This document shows positions 24,835-40,706 of a DNA stretch of 64,000 nt, one piece after another. Under the pieces are notes generated by a model. It was not told where the DNA came from and made no database searches. It worked only from the letters and a program-made list of their open reading frames with translations. A program made the position numbers and the translations under genes. Location of the stretch: NCBI RefSeq assembly GCF_009914755.1, contig NC_060935.1; one strand, written 5' to 3'. Each line of letters opens with the position of its first letter. Within the stretch, counting starts at the first letter, position 1. The DNA is from the human T2T-CHM13v2.0 reference genome, Homo sapiens.

Positions 24835-25270
24835 TTACTTTTAAGGCCTACATAGAAGAGGGGGTGGTGGGGAATGACAATCATGGTATGAAACCAATCT
24901 CATGTTTGCATGTGTCAAATGAAGAATGGGTAAATGTAGTACTCTGTGGCCAATGCTGCAAATTAGATTACCCAACAAATATTAAAAAGCCCTTCTAATG
25001 TGTGTTCCTATACAATCGCTCCCAGAAAAGGCGGGAAACTACTTTTCCCACAGGCCTTTGCTGCTGGATACTCATGTGACTTATAGTCTGTGAGATCTTC
25101 TGGGCTTCTTCTGCGTAGCTATGATTAAGGTCCCGGCATCACAGGTAATAACAGGTGGACATCATTGGTGGTGGGATTTCATAATGCAGTTGAGGGTTTC
25201 TCCTTCCTGTGTTGTTCTATATTGTGGTATTAAAACAGGTTCCCTGGCCCTCATTTAAACTGAATAAACT

Positions 25271-25662
<392 letters not shown>

Positions 25663-25863
25663 CTAATATACCCTTCTATTGACTGACAGACTTTTTAAGT
25701 GGTAAAGAATATATAGAGGCTAGCAAGTCCAAACTATCTTCTAATGTGGGAGACCTTCTTATTAATCTTGATATTCAGCTTCACTTTTAGCTCTCCTAAG
25801 AGGATTCACTTTTGTTACTTGAAGCCCCTTGTAGCTCAAGATGCTTTCATATGGCATTTTCTA

Positions 25864-26219
<356 letters not shown>

Positions 26220-26679
26220 GATTCCATGGTAATAAATTTGGGGAATAAATGCTAGGTAAATAAAGTTCTTTAGATTTTTTTTTCACTGCAGGATTTCTCA
26301 AGTCTTTCATCTGCTAAAGTTTATAGATAATCTTTAAGAAGTGAACTGTCCAATTCTTTCTCAAACATTAAACAAAGATTTTTCTTTTGTGGTGGATCTC
26401 CCAATGTTACTATTACACTAGATACCCTCTATGGTGCTTGCCTTAAATTAATAGATTACCTAAAGGATGGAATTTCAGGTTTGAGATAGATAAGTGAAAA
26501 TGTTGTTTGGTAAGCAAATACCTGATGACCCTTCCAATAACATCGCAGAAAAAGCTACCGACTTCTCAATCATGGGATCAGTCCTGTTTTCTAACAGGAC
26601 TCCCCTGTTTCTCTCCAACCCAGGAGAAACTCTGCAGGATTATCTGAGCTGCTGCCTCTTCTATAGATGTTCCAGGAAC

Positions 26680-27615
26680 CTACTGCTGCATTACAATCAC
26701 CCTGAAACTTGGTGGCTTAAGACAACCATGGCACAATTCCTCATGATTCTGGGTCAGGAATTCAGGGAAAGCTCAGCTGAGAAGCTCTTCTGCCCCACGT
26801 GGCATAGATTGGAGTCACTCACTGACTATATCCAGACAGCCAAATCAGGCTGGCTGATCCAGAAGGGTTATACTCACATGTGTGGCACCTCACTGCTCCT
26901 CCATGTGGCCTTTCTCTCTTCTCTCTTTAAGGCTAATTTTGGCTTTCTTTCAACACAGAGACGTCAGGGTGATCAGACACTTCCATTTTTTTTAACTTTT
27001 TATTGTGAACTAATTTTAGACCAACATAAGAATTATAAAAAAAGTAGAATTCCTGTATACTCATCACCCAGGTTTCCCTGATGTTAACACCTTAGACTCC
27101 TTAAAACATCATGACAGCTAAGAAATTAACATGGTACATTTACTACTAACTAAACTATAGGTTGTACTAAATTGCACCAGTTGATCTACTAGTGATCTTT
27201 TTCTATCCCAAGATCCTATTCAGCATCCCACATTTGTACTTAGTTGTTATTTCTCCTTATTCTCCTCCAATTTATTGCAGTTCATCAACTTTGTCTTTCA
27301 TGGTCTCGACACACAGACAAGTACTAGTCAATTACTTTATAGAATATCTCTAAGTTTGGTTATGTCGGACGTTTTTTCATAATTGGATGAAGTTCTGGTC
27401 AGACTATTCACATGATGGCTGGCTTCTAAGAGGGAAGAGAGGAAGCTGTCTTTCCTCTTAAAGCCTGTAGCCATCAAACACTTCAGCTGCCTTCTGTTGG
27501 TCAAAGCAAGGTATAGGGCCAGCCCAGATTCAAGGGGAGAAGCCATAGATTCCACTTTTGGATGCAGAAAGGAAGTAATAGATGGTGACCATCTTTGAAG
27601 ACTATCTAACCATCA
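26680..27615 (-). mobile_element. MLT1 solo LTR split by an L1MC 3' fragment (~26985-27395, minus)
   Basis: 'cctgaaacttggtggcttaagacaacc...gggtcaggaattcaggg' and 'ggccagcccagattcaagggg'; L1MC-like 'gtatactcatcacccaggtttccc' in between. Confidence 0.7.
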
Positions 27616-27821
27616 CAATTGGATTTACAAAAATACTTGTAAAAACCTACCTAGTAAGACAACTCTGAACTCTAAGAATCTGCCATTATCACACTGATTA
27701 TTTTTAACTATCTGAAACTTCTTAAAGTAGAGTTCATAGTTCTTGCTTTGCCTACTTCACAGAGTGTGGCAGCCATGAAGGATTGGATTCCTGCTAAGAT
27801 CTCCCTTAAAGAAGAAAAACG

Positions 27822-28215
<394 letters not shown>

Positions 28216-28489
28216 CTAGGACCACACTGTCCCCAGTTTGCTTCTCCCCAGTGACTAAGTATGGCAGTAGAACAAGAACCAAACTGTTTCTGCTTGTCAC
28301 AGAGTTCCTCTAGCAAGCCTTCTTCATTCAGAAGCTCCCCATCAACCTAGTAGAGACTTAGAGCTACACTGCAATCTAAGGCTTTTTCTACCCAGTTCTC
28401 CCTCTTCTTGTCCTTCCATGCGTGTGAAACCTGCATTGAACCTAAAAGCCATCCTTTTCAAGTTCTTGTTCCCTCTTCCCTTTATCTTT

Positions 28490-30725
28490 TTCAATTCATT
28501 TTTTGTTCTATTTTAAAGTGACATATAATAATTATATATTTATGGGGTATAATGTGATGTTTTGATACATGTATACACTGTGGAATGATCCAATCAGACT
28601 AATTAGCAAATCCATCACCTCAAATATTTATCATTTTTAGTGGTGAGAACATTTAAAATCCTCTCTAATAGCTCTTTTGAAATATACAATAAATTGCTAT
28701 TAACTATAGTCACTATACTGTGCAATAGAACACCAGAACTTATTCCTCCTAACTTAAACTTTGTACCCATGACAAACTTTACTCTAGTAATGAAGTTTAT
28801 TAGAATTAATTTGTATTACCACAGTTTTTAATTTTAGTATTACTATAATACTTTTCCCATCCAACCCCACCACTACCTCTGCTCCCACCCCAGCTTCTGG
28901 TAACCACCATTCTACTCTCTAGTGTTATGAGTTTAAATGAATGAGACCATATGGCATCTGTCTCTCTGTGCCTGGTTTATTTCACTTAACATATCATCCT
29001 CTCTAGGTTCATCTTTGCTGTTACAAATGACAGAATTTCCTGTTTTTTGCACGACTGAATAGTATTTCATTGTGTAAATATGCCATATTTTAAAAAAAAG
29101 TCTACCCTCCCTTGATAGACACTTAGGCTGATTCCATATCTTGGCTATTGTGACTAATGCTGCAATGAACATGGGAGTATAGGCATCTTTTTGACATACT
29201 GATTTCAATTCCTTTGGGTATATACCTAGAAGTGGGATTGTTGGGTCATCTGGTAGTTCTATTTTTAGTTTTCTGATGAACTTCCACACTGTTTTCCAAA
29301 ATGGCTATACCAATTTACAATACCAACAGTGTCCAAGGATTCCCCTTCCTTCAGACTCTTGCCAACACTAAATTTTTATTTTAGATTCAAGGGATACATG
29401 TGTAGGTTTATTACATGGGTATACTGCATGGTGCTGAGGTTTGTGGTACAAATGGTCCTGTGACCCAGCTAGTCAGCATAACACCCAGTAGGTAGTTTTT
29501 CAGCCCTTCCTCCCCTTCCTTACTTCCCCCTTCTAGTACTTCCTAGTGTTGCTTCTTTCTGTCCATGTGTATCCAATATTTAGCCCCTGCTTATAAATGA
29601 GAACATGCAGTATTTGGTTTTCTGTTCCTATATTAATTCACTTAGAATAATGGCCTCCAGCTGCATCTATCTTGCTACAAAGGATGTAATTTTGTTCTTT
29701 TTCATGGCTGCATAGTATTTTGTGGTGTATATGTACATTTTCTTTAATCCTCCATCCATAGTCACCTAGGTTAATTCTATGTCTTGGCTATAGTGAATAG
29801 TGCTGTGATGAACATATGAGTGTATGTGGGGTTTTATGGTAGGATAATTTATTATCCTTTGGGTATATACACAGTAATGGAATTGCTGGGTTGAATGGTA
29901 GTTCTATTTTAAGTTCTTTAAGAAATCTCAAACTGCTTTTCACAGTGGCTGAACTAACTTACATTCCCACCAACAGCATATAAGCATTCTCTTTTCTCCA
30001 CAGCCTCACCAGTATCTGTTATTTTTGACTTTTTAATGACAGCAATTCCTACTGGAGTGAGGTAGGAATTCATTGTGGTTTTGATTTGTGTTTCTCCAAT
30101 AACTGGTCATGTAGAACTTTTTTCATATGTTTCCTTGCCACTTGTGTGTCTTCTTTTGAGAAGTGTCTGTTCATGTCCTTTGCCCCCTTTTTAATAGGGT
30201 TATTTGTTTTTTACTTCTTGAATTTTTCAGTTCCTTACAGATTGTGGATATTAGACCCTTGTCAGATGCATAGTTTGTAAAATATTTTCTCCCATTCTGT
30301 AGGATGTCTATTCTGTTGCTAGTTTCTTTTGCTGTGCAGAAGCTCTTTCATTTAGTTAGGTCCCATTTGTTAATTTTTGGTTGTGTTGCAATTTCTTTTG
30401 AGGACTTAGCGATAAATTCTTTGCTAAGGCTGATGTCTAGAATAGTCTTTGCCAGGTTTTCTTCTAGGATTTTCATAGTATGAGGTCTTCTGTTTAAATC
30501 TTTAATCCATCTTAATTTTTATACGGTGAAATAAGCAAAGGGAAAAGGACTCCCTATTCAATAAATGGTACTGGGATAACTGGTTAGCCATATGCAGAAA
30601 AATGAAATTGGACCCCCTACCTTTCATCACCTTTTTGAGAATAACCAATCTAAGAAGTTTGAGGTAATATCTTATTGTGGTTTTCATTTGCATTTCTCTG
30701 ATGATTAGAGATGTTGAGCATTTTA
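28490..30725 (-). mobile_element. L1MA 3' end (28490-29369, resuming 30631-30725)
   Basis: 'gtggtgagaacatttaaaatc', 'gtgcaatagaacaccagaacttattcctcc'; ORF2 remnant [20 protein letters not shown]. Confidence 0.85.
29370..30630 (-). mobile_element. L1PA15-17/L1PB-like element nested in the L1MA, with 5' inversion (~30528-30630)
   Basis: 3' end 'ttttagattcaagggatacatgtgtaggttt'; orientation flips at ggtgaaa|taagcaaagg...cctacctttcatca. Confidence 0.85.
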
Positions 30726-31042
30726 TATATATTCATATATAATAATGCTTATTTATATATCTTCTCCTTTATCTTTCACAGGCATTTCCCACAATAACTC
30801 TCTTGCACTTTTCATTTTATCTTAGCATCTGCTTCCAGGAGGACCTGACATGACACAGGAGGATGCTGTGAGGATCAAATGAAATCATGAATACAAACAT
30901 TTTTTGAAAGCCATAGAATGAGAAACAAGTATTAGTTATTAATTACTTTTAAAATACAGGGGCAAATTGTTTTGACAACCCAATAACAGTCTTCTGAAAT
31001 GTGCTGCACTGCCACCAAGTACTTTAGTCAATATTAATATTC

Positions 31043-31091
<49 letters not shown>

Positions 31092-31598
31092 CTTTAAGTT
31101 TTAGGATACATGTGCACAACGTGCAGGTTTGTTACATATGTATACATGTGCCATGTTGGTGTGCTGCACCCACCAACTCGTCATTTAGCATTAGGTATAT
31201 CTCCTAATGCTATCCCTCCCCCCTCCCCCCACCCCACAACAGGCCCCAGTGTGTGAAGTTCCCCTTCCTGTGTCCATGTGTTCTCATTGTTCAATTCCCA
31301 CCTATGAGTGAGAACATGCAGTGTTTGGTTTTTTGTCCTTGCGATAGTTTGCTGAGAATGATGGTTTCCAGCTTCATCCATGTCTCTACAAAGGACATGA
31401 ACTCGTCATTTTTTATGGCTGCGTAGTTTTCCATGGTGTATATGTGCCACATTTTCTTAATCCAGTCTATCATTGTTGGACATTTGGGTTGGTTCCAAGT
31501 CTTTAACAGACACTTCTCAAAAGAAGACATTTATGCAGCCAAAAAACACTTGAAAAAATGCTCATCATCACTGGCCATCAGAGAAATGCAAATCAAAA
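31043..31598 (-). mobile_element. L1PA4/5-like 3' end with 5' inversion (31505-31598) and (TTA)n tail
   Basis: Young L1 3'UTR; plus-oriented ORF2 piece [15 protein letters not shown]; TSD atatta(a/g)tattctt at ~31031 and ~31598. Confidence 0.93.
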
Positions 31599-32999
31599 TA
31601 TTAGTATTCTTAAATAGAGCCCTCAGTTTAAAAATAGATATATTTAGTAGCCCCCAAAGTAAGAAGGCATGTAAATTTGAACTGAAAGAGATTTTCATTA
31701 GAAAGAGAATTTAGTTTTTAAAGAGATAAGTTTCAGTTATCTGGGATATTCATTCAATGTGAAAGCCTAGCAGTTTTTCTGTGTTTAATCCTCTGCCTGA
31801 GACAGCACATGTTCCAGGAACTGGGTGGGGAGCTGGTTACCCTAGAGAAGCAATCTTTATGGCTAAAGCCCCCACTAAGAGCTCCTAAAATGATCAACAT
31901 TCTGCCTCCTTTTTACAATAATTACCCACAAAGCAGGAATCCTCTAAAACCTGCCTCTTCTCTGAATCCGCTAAATTTTATCTTGCTCCTATTCTATCTA
32001 TTCTCCACTCAGCAGCAAGGGTTATCATTCCTCTGATTAGTATCCTTGTTAGCTTAACAAACACTTTGTGGGTAAGTCAAAATGCCTTAAGATGTTTGAG
32101 CTGATGATAAGCTACAGATTACTCACCTCACCCCGCCCACTGCAACAACACACACTCATGAGTGTGCATGCACACACGCACACACCCTCTCTGCTTCAGC
32201 CATATTCCATTATCCTTGAAGATGCACAATGTTGACACATCCTAATACTGCTGAGATTGAGATTACCTGGAAATCAGTGTAGAACAAACAAGAGATTTAA
32301 CTAATTGTTGTGGCTTTGCATGCACAAGCATAAAAAGCACCAGCTTCAAAACTGTCAGAATGAATGTTTGCTTGGAAGAAAATCTCAGAAACAACACTGG
32401 ACAATCCTTTTTACCGCTAGGAACCCAATGGGGAGGTGGTGGTGGGCAGCAAAACAGAGGTGTTTAGCAACACTGCACAAGTGGGAATCAAAAGTAGGTT
32501 CATGCCACATACTCACAAACCCAGCTTAAAAGCCCAGTCCTGATGGTTTTCAGATCTTCCATAAATTCTGTTAAGAAATGCTGCCTCTGCAATGCTCTTG
32601 CCCATATTGTGTGGAAAAGCATTACGTCAATGCCTCTGAATCAAGTCTTTCAGAAGAATCTGATTCTAAAAGTAAAGTTTCAGGAATACTGAGAGAAAAT
32701 TATTTCATATATATTTTTATTTTGCCATATTTTATATTTATTTTGTTATATTTGATAGAGTGACGTATAATAAAATACACATCCAATTGAGGATTAAAAA
32801 TGCTCTTTCAGAAAGTATTAAAACCCTAAGTGATAAGAAAATCTTGTGCCATAGTTTAACTGGTAATGTTTTTTCTTTCTTATGGGTATATGAAATGATG
32901 GTGTAACTTAAAATCCATGATATCTTGAACTAGATTAAATACAGTGGAGCCACCTTATTCTCTTGCTTTCTCTGACCTCTGATTTTCATGTATTCTGTT

Positions 33000-33330
33000 C
33001 TCCCTCCTAGAACACTTTTTTCTCTCTCTTTGCTTGGGTAACTATTACCAACCTCTGGATTTTGGCTGAATCAACATTTCTCAGAAGTCTTCCTTATCCT
33101 CTTCACCTCCACTCCCAAACTATGTGAGTTACCCCTGCTTTCCACAGCACCCCATGCTTGAACTATCATAACAATTATCATCCTTTAACACAACTACTTG
33201 TTAATTTTCTGTCTTCCCCCACAGGCTGTAAAGTCCTTGAAAACAGAGAACTTGTCAGTCTTGCTCACATGATGCCTGGCAGAGCTGGCATGCGGTAAAT
33301 ATTCACCCATCAATGAATAAATTAAATGAA
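33000..33330 (+). mobile_element. L2 3' end
   Basis: 'gtaaagtccttgaaaacagagaacttgtc' ... 'taaatattcacccatcaatgaataaattaaatgaat'. Confidence 0.65.
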
Positions 33331-33489
33331 TTACTGTCTCCATTGCACAGCATCTAAATAAACTCATTTCAGTTTTGAATGGCAAAGAAATAAGAATTTT
33401 ATCTCACAGATGAGGAAGCTGAGGCACAACAAATCTAGTTTATGACAGAGCCAAAACTAACATTTCTCAAGGTTCAATGTAAGATTAGC

Positions 33490-33730
33490 AATAAATAACT
33501 TGACATTTATTAGGCATTTGCTAGGCACTTGGCACATTCTAACTTCGGTTATATGGATAATCTCGATTCTCACAACTCCTTTAGGTTGATATCAGAATCC
33601 CCATTTTATGAAAAGGAAAACTGAGGTACAGGGCGGTAAACAAAACTTCCTAAGAGAATAATAGAGCTGGTAAGGAGTGCAGCTGAGATGCAATACAGGC
33701 AGACTCTAGAATGTGCACCCTTAACCACAT
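33490..33730 (-). mobile_element. MIR
   Basis: 'ccccattttatgaaaaggaaaactgaggtacag'. Confidence 0.65.
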
Positions 33731-33821
33731 CCTTACAGGTGCTGGCAAATTGAATCAGAATATTTAACAATAGTAAATACTGTTATTTACCAGCAGATTA
33801 CTTCTTAAGAATGTGTCTTTT

Positions 33822-34124
33822 AGAAAACCAAATACCACATGTTCTCACTTATAAGTGGGAGCTAAGCATTGAGCACATATGGACCCAAGTATGGGGACAA
33901 TAGACACTGGACTATTGGAGGGAGGACAGAGGAGGGAGGATGGGGTGGCTTAAAAAACTACCTATCGGGTACTATGCTTACTAGCAAGGTGACAGGATCC
34001 ACACTCCAAACCTTAGCATCACATAACATTCCCATGTAACAAATCTGCACACGTACCCCACTGGTCTAAAATAGAAGTTGAAATTTTTAAAAAAAATGGT
34101 TTAAGAAAACCTGGAAAAAAAAAA
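33822..34124 (+). mobile_element. L1PA16/L1PB-like 3' end, 5'-truncated
   Basis: 'aaaaccaaataccacatgttctcacttataagtgggagctaa'; A tail; TSD aagaatgtgt(c/t)tt. Confidence 0.88.
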
Positions 34125-34658
34125 AAGAATGTGTTTTCAAGTTGATCCAAGTCAAATAGCTTTATTTTAATGGATACAGATTCCAAAACAAACAGAATTA
34201 AACCTCATACAGTTGAAAGGGCACTGTAATATGAGTTAGGAGCCTGGGGTTCTCTAGAGTCCATTTTTCAAGTAGCTATATAATCCTAGGTGAATCACTT
34301 CACGTCTCTGGGGCTCAGTTTCTTCACTAGTTAAAAAAGAGGTGGAGTAATGCATACAAACTCCTAAAATCCTCTGATAGTGCCTATTGCATTATCTCAA
34401 AGCAATTAACAGGTACACTAAGTGGGAGAAATCACCTATGCCAAATATTGAATTTGAGGATGTAACTTAAACTCCAGTGTTTGTTCTACAAAATTCAAAT
34501 AATGTTTGGCAAGGTAAAGGGCTCTTGATCCTCCATCTGAAAACACAGGATTGCAAATTTCAGCCATCACCTTGTTCTCCTTTCCTTCTATTGACAGTGT
34601 TTGCTTTAGTGGCAGAAGGAAGCCCAGACTTGTGTTGACAGAGTTTGACTGTTGGGGA

Positions 34659-34686
34659 AAAGTACATACCTGAAAGTACATACCTG
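34659..34686. repeat. Perfect 14-bp tandem duplication
   Basis: aaagtacatacctg x2. Confidence 0.9.
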
Positions 34687-35227
34687 GAGGGAGAACAGTG
34701 TTGAACAAGAAACAAGGCATCAGTCTTGGCCTGACTCATTCCAAGCTGGGCTTCCCTTCGCCATTGCTTTGTTCCAACACTAGATCAGAGGCTCGTGTAG
34801 AGACTTGCTGAAGTCGAACACTATCAAAAAACTCCAGCCCAGCCATGCTGAGGAGAAAAAATTCTCGCCAGATGAGTGTTGGAGCCAAGGCTACTGGGAA
34901 GAGCTGGAGATCACACCAGGGCTCCAGAGAGCGCAACCGGCCCCCAGCCCTGGCCCTCAAATTGTTCCTCATTCTTCAGGGTCACAGGCTGCTGAAACTT
35001 TTCTTATTTATCCAAACCTTTTGGGAATTGCCTTTCCAATAGGCAGTGGTACACATTTTCTTTTCTTGGCTTGGTAGGAAGTGAAAGGTTATAAGTTATT
35101 CCCAAACTGTGCCTCCAAGGCTATATTCACATTTCATTTTTTCAGATATTTTTAAGTTTCGTGATTGCATTTAGAGCTAGATAAATTTGAGTAAATTGCT
35201 CAACCTCTTAAAGGTTAAGTTCACTCA

Positions 35228-35614
<387 letters not shown>

Positions 35615-35880
35615 ATAGGGAACTCTTCTATCATTCCTTTCACGAAGGTCATCCAAGCACAATCATTCTTAGACCCACTTAAACCAACCAAATTTTGGGA
35701 GGAAGTTCTCCTACTAAAAGATTTTCTTAAAGATTGTTTTTCTGTGGCTTAGACAATTTCTTCACACAATTGGGACCTTAAAAATTATCAATATATAGAG
35801 AGAGAATGCATTCCCAATTAAGTATGCATGCATTCAGCAAAAATTTTAAAGTACCAGGCTTTGAACAGGGTAATAATTGC

Positions 35881-37206
<1,326 letters not shown>

Positions 37207-37339
37207 TTAGCTTATAATTTTGTTTTCACAAACATTCATTCATTTGATCCCCGACCATACTCTGTGAGGAAAATAGGAATCAATCCTTATTCATCTCTTA
37301 TAGGTGGGAGTGACAGTCATAATCAGCAATAGAATTAGT

Positions 37340-37520
37340 ACAATAAAAGCATAGTCCTGATGTTAGACAGACCTGGGTTTGAGGACTGGGTCTAATATCA
37401 GCTGTATCTCCTTGAGCAAGTTACTTTTTGCATCTCATTTGTGAAATGGGAATAATATGCCTATCTCGCAGAGTTATTATGAGTATTAAATTAAGTAGTA
37501 CATATAAGGTACTTATTACA
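37340..37520 (+). mobile_element. MIR
   Basis: 'gttagacagacctgggtttga...ccttgagcaagttact...ctcatttgtgaaatgggaataat'. Confidence 0.75.
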
Positions 37521-40316
37521 TATACAATCTCACACTCAGTTTAACATATAATATCAATTAGTGACCATCAGGATCATTACAGTTTTTAATTAGTGTTCAA
37601 GGTCATGTGGCTGAAATAGCAGAATCGGCACTAAAACTCCTGTTTGCTGACTTCCAATACAATCTTTTCTGCCATACTAAAAGTTTTCAAACATTTCAAA
37701 GGATCAAAATCCCTCTTTCAGGAAAGAATATATTTACATGGCACATCAAGGCGTAACAGTAGAACTGCCCTTGTTACAGTTGGTGGAGGGGACCTAAAAT
37801 GCCTGCTGCCTACCCTACTTCCCACTGCCACAGATAAATGTCTCCCCACACGCCCCCACCCCCCACTCCATTGTTACCAAGGCAGCTGCTGGTGGTCAGC
37901 ATTGCCTGACATTCACCAGGGACTTGACCTCAACAAGAGGAACACTGGACAATACTTCCATTTGCCTTGTTAGTACCATGTGTTCCTTCTCGTTTGTCTT
38001 GCCTTGCTTCTTATTTCCTGTCAATCTCCCCGTCCTTTGACCAGCCACCTTTTTGTGGCTAGGGGACTCCATCAGCTTTATCAGCTCCTAACTGCCTTCT
38101 AGGATCTGAGCCCACCCCTGTCCCCCATTGTTTTCTGCCAACCAGAACCTGTGTCTTTCTGGTTCATAGAGGTTCCCCCAACTTTTCAGCCACTGCTGCC
38201 TGTCATCACAGGAATGCTCCCACCTTCTCCCTACGTCATGCAGACCTCTGCCACCCCTTCCTAGCTCCCACCCTGACCTCTCAAGAGAGGGAAAGTGACT
38301 GATGTGATTGATCAAAATTCTAGAACATTTTTCATGTCACATTTTCTTTGGGGGTAAGATCGCTATGTGTTAAAGGCACAAAGCTATCTGTCCCATTATC
38401 TTCATATGGCTGGGAGTATACATCCAAGTAGGCCAAATGTATTACATCTCCATATGCTTGTCTGAGCATGCTGCTGTTTGCCACTATATAGAATTGAGCT
38501 GGTTAGAAGGATTCAGATTCAAGTCTTTTGTGAGATTTAAAGCCCAACTTAGTCTTCAAGCTTAAGACAGCACTTTCCCCAGCATTCTGCACTGAGGGCT
38601 ATTGGGTACATGTGGGACTAATTACATCTCCATTTAGGTTCTATTCCTTGACTCCATTTTCATCAAGAAATCAACTGGGAAAAGAACTGACTGGTGGAGT
38701 AGATCTAAGCCTTCCCAGGTCTCTGGGCATAAATGCATTAAAACCTCATCTCAAGTCCTAACACCTCTCTGAACTTCCTCCTTGATGCCTGGTCCCCTTT
38801 CCTCTGTTCCCAGCCATTCACAGGTTCCTCACCCTACGGACATCCCCTGGTGTGACAGAACACAGAAGACAGGCTTCTGCTCCTTTGGGCCATGACCTCA
38901 GCATGCTTTTCTCCTGCTTTCTTCTATCTAAATCCTACTGTCCCTCAAGGCCCACCCCAAATCCCTCCTCTACCTGAAGTCTTCCATTTTCTCTGTCGTG
39001 ATCCTCTGGTTCACATAGCACTTAATTTTTCATTCAGTTATGGCATTTATTTCATTCTGCCTCATGTTCCAAAAAGTTGTTTACAACAGGTCAGTCTTTT
39101 CCACAAGACTGGAAGCAATTCAAAAGCAGGAAGCCTGCTTTAATCATTTCTGATACCCCCACCTCTACCATGGTGCTTTGCAAACCACAGATACACAATC
39201 CTGTATGTATATGGGTCAAGTTGAATTGTTCAAAGAACCCAGTATTAGAAATTCCTGGAGGGCTAGACATCGTGTGGGCCTTCTGAAGCACAAATGGAAA
39301 ACACTTTGCCCACAGTAGGAAGGAATTCATCAGGAATTCATCTTGGGCCTGCCTGTGAGTCCACTTGTTTTCCTCATTTTTAATTACAAACAAGCTGCCT
39401 CATGTGTTTTCTTTTTCTGCTACCAGAACGTACTGTCAATGAGCTTTGTTTTGGTCCAAATATTGATGCAGCAAGTGTTCGTCAGCAAGTCTGAGCCCTG
39501 GTTCCAGCAGCGTGTTGAGGGATTCCAACACTTTGGGCCAATAGTCAGACTTCGTTATGACTTCCTGCTCCTCTCCAAAGGCCTGGTGGGGCACGTAGGA
39601 TGTAGTGGAAAGAACACAGAGTGCAGAGACTGAAGATCCAAGTTGCAGACCTCCCACTTGCTTTTTATTTGACCTCATGCAAGTTCCTTGAGGTCTCTGA
39701 ACCTTGCTTTCTTCATCCATAGGTGAGTTCATATGAAAAAGCAAGTATGGAAATATTTTCTAGACCCTAGGTCTCTGGAAAGTTAAGGTGCTATCTTGTA
39801 TATCAAACAACTTGGTCTGCTAAAGGAATAAATGTGTCCCTCCCAGGCAGAAAACTGCTGTGGCCCACTTTTGGGTGAAAGTTAAGTAACCACTGCTAAA
39901 AGGCAGCTATGAAGAAAAGGTCAGCTATTGTCTCTTCTGGGAACTCATCAAAAACATAATTGCTCAATGACTGGAAAATATGCCCATTTGTAAATGGGTG
40001 GCTGCTGTCTTCCCACTCTTTGCCAAGACTCTCTCATCATCAGCTTGACTGTAAGGAGAGAAACTCCGAGCAAAAATGAGTCCTGCCTCAGGGTACCTCT
40101 GGAGAGACTTCCACATTGCTGTTGGCTCCTCTGCCAAAGATATTCTGTCAAGTTCAGTTAAGGAGCCCCAGACAGTATGGCTGTGTTACCACACAAGATT
40201 TCTGCGCTTGCCATATGCACGCAGGTCTGCAGAGCCAGCAGCCAGCAGCTGTGTTTACAATTTCCCATCACCCTTGTTAATTAATGAATTCATTTTGGGC
40301 CTATTACTTACCCTGA

Positions 40317-40706
<390 letters not shown>

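Noticed and set aside
26494-27081. 195-aa ORF, the longest non-L1 ORF
   Set aside because: GTG start; runs through antisense MLT1 and L1MC sequence; no recognisable domain.
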